This document shows positions 1 through 10,100 of a stretch of 64,000 nt of DNA, in pieces (within the stretch, counting starts at the first letter, position 1; every line of letters starts with the position of its first letter). Made by a program: the position numbers and the translations under genes. Source of the stretch: Owenia fusiformis (lineage: Eukaryota); assembly GCA_903813345.2 (NCBI GenBank), contig CAIIXF020000001.1, positions 1,364,001 to 1,428,000 on the forward strand, written 5' to 3'. Under the pieces are notes generated by a model. It was not told the DNA's origin and searched no databases. It saw only the letters and a program-made list of their open reading frames with translations.

Positions 1-667
1 CTTATCTGTCTGAAAACACAACATTCTCCGATAATGCCGTTTAATGTCATGATAAGACTGGCATAATCGCATATATCATTGCCATTGCTGTAAAAACATA
101 GCCTCTTATTTCACAGCATTGATATATCGGAGAAAGGCACTAGACATTTCATGGAAAAAGATCGAAAACCGAAAATCGGGATCAGAATCCTTGACGCTGT
201 TTGCATAGTTGGTGTAAATGAGACTCCCAAGTGTGAAAATTGTTTTTGTGATGTCGACATGAAAATATTAAAAGGTTTTTAAAAAGCTGGTGCCGAGTAA
301 ACCGATCAGTCTGTTAATTTGCATTGATTGGCTGACGTACACCAACTGCTGGGGTAAAGTTTGCAAACTGTCTGTGGTTATAAACAAAAGTTTACGTTCA
401 ATATATTCGAATATAAGTTAACGTTGAACCGATCATTTTCCTAAGAAAATTCTAGAATTGAAAAATATGAATACTTTACTTATCAATTAATTAATTAATT
501 GATAATAAGTGTACTTCAAAGTGCTATCGTTATTTGTGTAAATATGGGTACTAGTTTGGTTATTCGAAGGATTATCCAGCTTCATTTCACTATAAAGCAG
601 ACAGAGGTTATCCACATGATCAAGGGTCTTAGCACTGATCTTGTCTTCGTTATCTTATCTCTATACT

Positions 668-1423
668 AGGGAGTTTAAGATTAGCGTAAATAACCCATTT
701 ACCTATACCTATACGTAGTTTGTTATTACACTAAGCGGTATTTTACCAAAGTTACAGGGTTTACCATACGTAATTACCTATAAATGGCCGAAGATAGGTA
801 ATTCGAAAACGTATGTTTTTATCCAACAAATTATGTCATTTTTAGATGAAATATCATCCATTAAACTTTAAAATAGTAACAACAAACATTTCTCATTCGA
901 TCTGCATAGAAATTAAGTGGTCGAACACATTCATCGATGCGATAAACGATGCCATGTGATGGTGCATGAAATTGTTGAATTTACACATTCTTCATCAGTT
1001 TTGCTTATTGTAAATGTATGAAATCAGCCATTTCCTCGTGGTTTTAATTGTTTAACTTTACTATTTGGTCACTCTCATTGCTGGATCATGCTAGAAATTT
1101 AACATTTCGCCTTAAGTCACTGCCCCATTAGAGGACCAACAAGCAATACTCCCTCCCAACAACAGAAGCTACACCACATTCTCTCTGAAGTATATAACAG
1201 TTCTTGGAGATGACATGTACTGGTATATGCCATATAAGCCATCGCATGGTTTTCATTCTATAGTTAGGATGTTAATTTTATCATAAATTGTAGCATACGG
1301 TTTTGTAGCCTTTTACGTTAATCTTAAACTCATTTTGCAATACGCATTACCTATACGTATCCGTAACAAACATACGGATAGGGATAGGTACACGTATATT
1401 TTTACGCTAATCTTAACCTCCCT
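668..1423. mobile_element. Non-autonomous DNA transposon (MITE), possibly PIF/Harbinger-related
   Basis: Left end AGGGAGTTTAAGATTAGCGTAAA (668) is an inverted match of TTTACGCTAATCTTAACCTCCCT (ends 1423); flanks ACT/AAT; a second partial right end at ~1311-1331. Confidence 0.65.
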
Positions 1424-2540
1424 AATATGTTTATGTGGTCCTACCAGGCTAAGACCCACGTATGTGCAACAAACGGCACCAACTTCACTGATTTGGACCG
1501 CCGATTTTGGTATTTTATCTTTTTGACCCTACATTTTTAAGCTGATTCACTCTGGCCAGTACTTTCTGAATCAGAACACTCGATCTCGAATCCGGGTTCA
1601 GAATTTAATATTTATAATGGATCTTTGTACATTGTCCTACACACAAGGGATGACCAATCCCTAGTGGCTATATCGTTATTAGATAACCGCTTTAGTTTTA
1701 ATTACTATTTGGGAACCTTACGCAACAAGGAACCTGACACCATGAAACCGACAGTTGGCATATTGTGTTCTCTCTGATGCTACACGATAATCGCCCATGC
1801 AGGATCTAGCTAAGATGCCATCTCGATATAACAAGCTCATACACTAGATCCAGTTGGTGTATTTCAAACAGCTGTACGATCATTAGGATGCAACTTAATA
1901 CAATAGAGATCTGGGAACTGATAACTAAAATTCAAACTTTTCACTTATCGGATTTCATCTATCAAAAGTTACGAGCGAAGTCAAAATCACGTGACTGAAG
2001 TAAGCCAGTCATGTTGTTCCTTTTCAAATTTTGGACCGTTTTTTCTCCGGGAAAATCCTATATCTTAGGCTTGTCTAGTTTCATCTGACATGTTCTCTGA
2101 TGTTCGATCAACACAGGTTTTTATGTTCGCCCCATTATGATTTACTTAACTGAAACCTGCTCCGAAAGTACAACATATGGAATCATTCCGCGTCGATAGC
2201 TTGATATAAACCTTCAAACAGATCAAGATTTGCTTTCATTTTACAAAAATAAACGAAAATCATCGACATATGGCGGAATCGCCAGATGAAATTTCACAAA
2301 TATTCTGACAATAGGTGCGTTCAACTTGAGCGACTGCGTTGTGTTCAAATCTGGTGAAGGTTCCGTGGGATCCCGGCGATCACCCCTGGATATTTAGCGG
2401 TTGGCAGATGGACCTGACGGGAAGAACTGCAGGTGAACGCCGGAAAAAACATTTTGCAGAAAACAATGTGTTGTTCAGTATGTTTATCAATTAGTGTCTC
2501 GATTCAATATGTTGTTATTACCACAAGCGTCTATAAATTG

Positions 2541-2610
2541 ATGTGTCGGCATGGAAACGTACCAGCAGAACTTGTCTTATGTTCTCTCATCTTCCCACTT
2601 GTAGTAAATG
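2541..2610 (+). CDS. Candidate signal-peptide first exon of the iGluR-LBD gene
   Basis: ATG at 2541 encodes MCRHGNVPAELVLCSLIFPLVVN+G, then GTATAA; a phase-1 end fits the phase-1 acceptor at 4075 (G+CA=Ala). Inferred, not proven. Confidence 0.4.
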
Positions 2611-2643
2611 GTATAATTGAATATCGTAGTAGAAGATGGGCTA

Positions 2644-2974
2644 CAGGGGCGGATCTGGGAACCAACAAGGGGGGGGGGCCCAAACTTCTGGTCTGTGGAA
2701 AAAACTTCCGCGCTTGCGCGGAAAAAAATTTTGGGCCCCTAAACCCCAAAAGTGGGCCCAAATTTTGAAATTTTGAGGCCCATTTTCTACAAAATTTGGC
2801 CAAAAATTAAAAAATAAGGCCTTAGAAGGCCCATTTAGGACCAAAAAGGCCTACTTTTTGGGGCCTAAAGGCCTTTTCTGGCTCAAAAATTTTTTTGGGC
2901 ATAATTTTTTTTTCTGGGCCCACCCAAGGGGGGGAGGGCCCGGGCCCCTGGGCCCCCCCCCAGATCCGCCAGTG
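2644..2974. mobile_element. GC-rich-ended MITE with 5-bp target-site duplication
   Basis: Ends CAGGGGCGGATCTGG / CCAGATCCGCCAGTG; GGCTA directly flanks both sides (2639-2643, 2975-2979). Confidence 0.75.
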
Positions 2975-4074
2975 GGCTAGTAAGTAAACAAAGAGGGCTA
3001 GGGTTACACAAATATTATTTGTTTTAGCCAGAAACTTATCTTAACAAAACATTTAATTATGATCTGTTCAGTTGAATGGACTACTACGTGGCAAATATCC
3101 TAAGCGGAATTTTAATTTTTTAAAACAGTTTAATGTTTCCAAAGTTTCGTTCCTCTTTGATTATTGTACAACAAATTTCTATCATCATATCTCCATTCGA
3201 TCGACCAAGGTTTTTGATAATAGTACCTTGTTTAATTCTGTGGTCTTAGTATTGGTTGAAGCATCTGGATCAAAATTGACTATTTACACCAGGCCGAGGA
3301 GAGCACTTTTGTATTATTCTAGAAAGCAGATATTATCATATTGTCTGCACAAGTCTATACGATTGTAGGTGTTATTTCGGGGTGTTTACTATGTATGATA
3401 CGATTGATTCGGCGTGGGAATAGAAGATCCGGGCTTTTCCTTCGTATGATAGTTTAGATGGTGCAAAACACTAGCTACTTGAGGATCCCTGGCTCTTCAA
3501 GTCTCAATGGCTCACTGTTAGACAAATGCACTTCAGTACTCTTGAAGATTGGGCGATGTTGAGTCATAACCGCATCATTGATGCTGCACGTAAATCTTCC
3601 ATCTCTTTTCTCCTTCAGATAGGGTTGCTTTCTTTCATCTTGGATGGTTGGCCCTGGGCTTTTCCACTTCACACCTTGGCTTTTAACATTAACCCTTAAT
3701 TGTGTAGGTTCTTGTGGTACGGTAACTTTTGTACCGAACTCTGCAGTCAAGTATAGTATACTATGCTGAACACATTCTTTATTTTTACTTTTACATGATT
3801 TCAGTAATGAATAAAAGCTTAAAGCTTACAAGAAATTGAGCCTAGAAGCTTGTCTTATCACTGTTCAGTTATCTACCCATTATGTTCTTATGTTTGCTCT
3901 TTATATCTCTTCTACCGACATTACCCTTGTTGTAAATGATGGTGGGACTTTATATGATGTACTATAAAGCGATAGTACGTGCAAACTTGCCAACTGGCCG
4001 GCGTGGAAATGTTTTCGTGTCCATTGTCATAATATCATTTATTGGTTTTAATGGATTATCTCTTATACTTTCAG

Positions 4075-5711
4075 CAATGCCGGACTATAGTGGATCAGTG
4101 ATTGTGACGTCAGTGTTGGAGCCGCCATTTCTCATGAGACGCCAGCAAAGTGATGATAACAGATCTGACAATATACCAGGTGACAAAGACAATAATGCAC
4201 AATACGAGGGATTTATAGTAGATTTGATAAATGCAATTGGACGGTAAGTTTCTAACGAAGCAAAAGAAAAAAGTAAAACAAAGGAGTAACAATATTTGTT
4301 TCATTCGACAAGTAGAAAATGTTTATCTGACTGGTTTTCATTTTTTGTTTTCTGTTTATTCCATATAAATGAGATATAATCTTTACTATATAGTTGCAAA
4401 TAACCTTGGTATGAATATATTCTTGGCGTATGTTTTCGATTTTATGAAACATATCAAATGATATTTAATAAATAAACGCAATACATTTCAGCATAACACA
4501 AACTCGCTTTGTTATAAGAGAGGCCGAGGACAGAAGGCACGGAGCGCGAGATGACGAAGGGCGTTGGAGCGGGATGATCGGTGAGGTCCTTGGGGACAGT
4601 GGCGTGATTCAGGAGGTTCTACGTGGAGTAAGTCAATTCTTAATCAACCGATCAAATTGACCATGTATTTTGGTTTGTTATTCCTGTTTATTGTCAATGT
4701 CCTGTTATTGTTGATGTCATGTTGTTGATATAGATGCCATTGTTTCTAATAAACCATACGTCACAGATTCAAAATATACAAAAAAAATAAATATAGAATT
4801 CAATCCGTGGCACAATGGAGTGAATGCAGTACACGGTTTCAAGTGGATTTCATATTGTTAAAGGCGAAACACTCTCCGAAGCATCTCACAAAAAAGAATA
4901 TAAAGTAAAACATGATAAGATTATTTTGTAAGAAAAACGAATCTAATCCTATATCATGACATTTGCCTTTACCTTTCAGAAAGCAGATATGGCTGCAGGG
5001 CCACTTCTAATTACAAAATACAGAAAAATGGACGTCGACTTTTCCATGCCTTTCATGAGGTTTGGATACAGCATAGTCTTCAAGGATTCCCCACAGTTCA
5101 AGAACATCATTTCTCTCGAAGGCCTGCTTAACATGACAAAGGCTGGTGTGACTGACGATGTCAATAATACGATTCGTGACATTGTATTCAACTATTTGCA
5201 TCACGACACGATTGTTGGAGGTCTCATGGAGCACATGTACAAGAACGAAAAACAAAACGTGCTCAAACAACTTTGGGCATATATGAGCCGCGAGCAAGTA
5301 TTAAAACCGAGTAAAATCTTGGTTGATGATATCAACGTTGCCCTGAAAAGGATAAGGGATGACGGTGTTATTATGATCATGGAAACACCTTCCGCTGAAT
5401 ACATAACCGAAAGTCTGCCGTGTGATTTAAGATCCATTAGAATTACTGATGTTGGTACCAACTGGACTGAATATGCTTATGGCTTTGCAACCGAGCCGTC
5501 TTCTCCGCTACAGATGGATCTGAACCAGGCGTTATCGATGCTGGAGTTCAGTGGAGAACTACAACTTCTGAGAGAACGCTGGTGGCAAACACCTTGTCTC
5601 GACATCACAATAAATTTTGCAGCATCAATTGAGAATGGTGCAATATTTTTCAATAAATTGATACTTCTAAAAACTTTGTTTATATGCATTTTAGTGACGT
5701 ATATCACATAG
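4075..5711 (+). CDS. Ionotropic glutamate receptor-family ligand-binding-domain protein lacking the channel (S1 fused to S2, C-terminal hydrophobic tail)
   Basis: Exons 4075-4243, 4492-4627, 4980-5711 with GT-AG sites and consistent phases. S1 motifs: VTSVLEPPFLM, YEGFIVDL, HGARDDEGRWSGMIGEV, ADMAAGPLLITKYR, VDFSMPFM. S2 motifs: LWAYM, METPSAEY, PCDL, YGFATEPSSPL, GELQLLRERWW..C. Confidence 0.85.
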
Positions 5712-7123
5712 GAGTGACTGTTAACAATAGAATTTATAAGACAAATGTTTATATGTATATATTTGGTCTAATTGTACATACTTTAGAGATATATTTTTGA
5801 GAAACATTAATTTATTGTAAAAACAATACTATGTTCACAATTGAAGGATCCAAATGTGTTAACCATTTTTGCCACATTCAAATGCAAACATGTATGCAAT
5901 ATGCATACACAATTCGTGACCAATCAGAGCTCAGTAAAACCATATGTTATCAGTTTAATGCACGGCTGACTCTTGAACGATTACTAAAAATAATTTGTCA
6001 ATTTTTTTAGCGCACTGGAAAAATGATAACATGGTTGAGTTGACATGCTTAATCTGTTAGTGTTAGAATAACAGGGAAAATGTGCTAGTATTTTTGTTTT
6101 TGTGTCGTATATTTTTGTATAACATATTTTCATCTTTGCCATCATAATAACATTTTAGCTTTTAATCTGTTATTTAGTAGTCAATATTTTATAACTTTCT
6201 CATGATTGCGATTTCATCCTTGGCACATGATATACGAGTTGACTTTTTCCTTGTTTATGCATATTTTGCTATGCGTGGAAAGGATTACACCAAATGAGCC
6301 CGTCACGAATAAGATAGAGCATATTGCACTTGACTTCGTCTCGTGTTAAACTGCATACTGTGTATCTTGTGCATTATTTGACTTATAATTGAAGGACTCG
6401 TATGGGTTAATCCGTCATAATTCTTTCATATTTGGATCCTTTAATTGTTTTCAGGGTCATATTTATTTGAATACGACAGTTAGGCCTAGAGAATTAATTT
6501 TCTGTTTTACGTTTAGGTGATGCAATAACTACGCATTCTCACATTTTCTTTTGTAAATAAGTCAAACTACAAACAGAAATTTAATTCGAAAAGACTAACA
6601 TATAAGAATGAGAGTTGACGAATGACTAGTGAAAGGGTATTGTGCTTCAAATTGTATGCGTGCACGATAATTCAGTTAAACGCATTTTATTATTAGTTGT
6701 AATAGATAAACCATTGACTGTATCGCGGAAATATCTGCATTGACAATAAATCAATTACAAATTAAACATGTATCTTATTAAGTGAAGTATATCAGCATTA
6801 TCGCATAAGCAATTTCCGTTTTCAAGGTGCCTTATTTCCCAGATAAGTAAAATGGAATTACTTCCGATACTTAAACTTTTGAAGGAGAGCGAACCACCAT
6901 AATTACATCATATCATTAGATGATGTCTTACTAAGATTCAAAATGTTACAACTTTAATTTAAGCAGGTTATCCCACATCCTAAAATGTATTTTTAAATAA
7001 CAGTAGGGACAAATTCTATTGAGTCCATTCAATGTAGTTGTTACTATGTTTATATTTTATATAGGGGTTTGCCTCTTTTTTGTTCTTCATATGTTTTCCA
7101 GTAGTCGCGCGGTGGTTTTCTTT

Positions 7124-10100
7124 CTAACTATTGCTAGACACATTATTAGGTGGATCCTTTTGAGTCCTCAACAGCATTGTTATGTAGATTGGAAATCCAA
7201 ACAACGTCAAATTCAACACCAAGATCACTACATTCATCTAGAATGAACACGTCTGAATTAATTTGTAAGACTTTACAAGTCTGATTGTAACATAAATCGG
7301 AGGAAAGAATCTTAACTGTTATAGATGCAAGAAGGATTTCGACAAATGTGATTTAGTGAAAGGAGGAAGTATAGTGTGTGCCACCTATATTCATGCATTT
7401 GTGCAAACAGCATCATCATGGACCAATGCAAGCTGGACTTGAATATAGATGGCAGTTCACTTTCTCTAGTGGGCTATCCTTCACATCTGTACTCCCATTG
7501 GTTTGTATGTAACATAGTTGTATCAAAACTTCCAATATAGTACACAGAACAAATCAATATCACAATTTCTCTTCATACTTATTTACGTAATGCTTTAATA
7601 TGATTAAATTCTTTGCCATCTATTGACAGTACCAATGCCATTCAGACTTGTAACACTACGTATTTACTTACAATTAGGAAGCCATTGTCAAACGATTCGG
7701 CACCAATAAATATAGGTTGTTGCAATGCGCTAGCAGCGGTGCCTGAAGCAAATGTTGCACTCAACAACTTGCCGAAATGCTTCTGTGGAAATCTATGAAA
7801 GAGAACAAACACATACATTGCTGTGATGCAAACTATCTAGTATATTTTGCGTCTCGATAAAAGCCAGGAAGCGCATTGTGTCTACAATACAAAACAATAT
7901 ATGGTCGTGGCCAGAGGGGAAGCAGTTTACAATACCACAGGAAAGCACTTAAGAGTTCATTCATAGTATTTTATTTTAAAAGTAGGGCTAATGGTTTTTC
8001 AATATCTACATATGCATGCAGTTTATGACTACTCACGCTTCTGAGATGAACGCAGCATTGACGGCATAAAGGAATCCCCGTGATGCCACAAACGCAATAT
8101 ATGTAAAGTACTGCGCGTGCAGACTTGGTATCATCGTACTTATGCTGAGGACAAAGTTCATGGCAGCCTCCGTTGTGAATATATAAATGTAGGGTCGCAG
8201 GTATTCTATAATTATTTTATGGCGATAATTCACATTAAACATTCTTGACAAAAACAAATTATCAAGTGTATATCTACGCCTTACGTTACATAGCGCTTCT
8301 ACAATAAACTGATCACAAACAGCATGACAAACTAACTTGTGTGTGGACTGTCGCCATCTTCTCTTTTCCTCCATGTATCGATGAATATACCCGCCAGGGG
8401 GCTGACAAGGAAGCCGCAAGCCAACATCCCAGTGAACACGGACGTGTGCAAGGTAACTGAAATTGAACGACAATTGGTAAATGTACACGAGTATGGTATG
8501 GAAAGTGATTTTAAGGCAACCATTTATCTTTTGATATTAACATTTCATCTGAGTAAGGTCTTCGCGATACTAAACTTATCAATCATAATATCTAAAAAAA
8601 CATGCATTAGGAGCTTACCTCAATATACTTTTCAGAAAGTCGGGCTTGCGCAATTACATAACAAGAGATGTATACCTTCCTTGAAGGCAGAGTGGTGTTG
8701 AGCATATCTTAGTTACCAAAATATTGGACTCAAAGCAATAGATAGAATGCGTATTGGAATATAAGAAGGGACACATTGTTTCATCACCGCTCCCTCTTTC
8801 ACCGCTCCCTCATTCAAAAGTACATTTTGATTTGGAAAAATGAGAAAATGGATGTCCTATTTTTAGAAGTCCGAGATTTTGAAAAACGCGGATCATTTTC
8901 TGAGGGTTGGATTTATATTTCTGTTATCCTGATACTGTACCTTTACTTCGACAACAACATATAATCACAACTAAAAAGATGTATAAGTGGTCCAAATATA
9001 CATGATGACCAATATATCTAAATTATATTTGGAAGATAATAGCATGATTGAAATACCCAGAGAGCTCAAGATGATTTAATGACAAGTTGTATGCTAAAAT
9101 AACTAAAATTATGTGATATATTAGTTAAAACAATTAGCACCTACCTAGTATTTCATCACCTGCGCTCAGGTCGGTAATCCATGAGTTGAAAGAGACGAAG
9201 AAATATTTACTCCTTAAATTCAATACAGAAAACGTCCATGTGTTCCACAGAAATAATGGCGAAAATAGTGTTTTAGTCAGCCCATCTGTTTCAATATAAG
9301 TTGTATTAATTTTGGATGTGGCTTTGTTTGGCAAGCCATTACAATCCGTGATCGTTTCTTTACTATTGATTCTCGGATCTTCAGCCGCCGAGTCTTTTGG
9401 TCGACACTCACTTATCGTTTTTATATCATCGGTTGTTGATTCAGTTGGACGGATATCACGACCACTCAGATTTGGTTCATTTGGTGCTTCAAATGCTTTA
9501 TTCGTGTATCCTTGGAGTTCAACCTTACTCTCACTAGGAGCACAATCCTTTGGTTCAGCTGTCGAATAGTTTTTTCGGACCTCCTCATCATGCGCAACAT
9601 TTGTGGCTATATATCTGACCCCTTTCAATCGTTGTAAGATGATAAATGCCATTGGATATCTTCCATTGTTGTCCGAATGTATATGCTTCCAAGGTTGAAA
9701 TATGAATGTCCCCAGGAGTGTGATTGGCAATAAGACAGACAGGAACACATACAAGGAAGAAGACAAGGGAACCCCATTCTCGTACTGAAGCTTAAATTAT
9801 AACGACAACTAAAGGTATAATTTGTATATTAAACGAAATGGTGTTACAGAATGCATTTTCAATATACGTTTTCAAATATGATACATTTTGTTTTGATACT
9901 TAAAGTATTTATGAAACCACCATCGTATATGATGAGTAATTACTAATTGAATGAAATAAAATTCTTTCAAACCTGTGTTTATATTTTTGAACATTACATT
10001 GAAAGGCCATCTCGTACTTTTACGATGTTGGTTTTAAAGAAATGAAAATGACAAGGATGCCTCAATACCCACCTTAAATACTATGGCGACAGAAGCGCTT

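Noticed and set aside
2433-2844. Overlapping ORFs of 67-111 aa
   Set aside because: They run through the GC-rich MITE at 2644-2974 and show no protein-family features.
3936-4074. N-terminal part of ORF 3936-4247 as a signal peptide
   Set aside because: The hydrophobic stretch coincides with a T-rich tract ending in TTTCAG at 4074, better explained as an intron acceptor; not fully excluded.
4075-5711. Horizontally acquired bacterial periplasmic binding protein
   Set aside because: It has spliceosomal introns and animal iGluR-specific motifs (WSGMIGEV, PCDL, RWW..C, M4-like tail).
7016-7123. Stop-codon readthrough extension of SLC43 copy A (frame stays open ~35 codons)
   Set aside because: In copy B the same frame closes after 7 codons, so it is not conserved.
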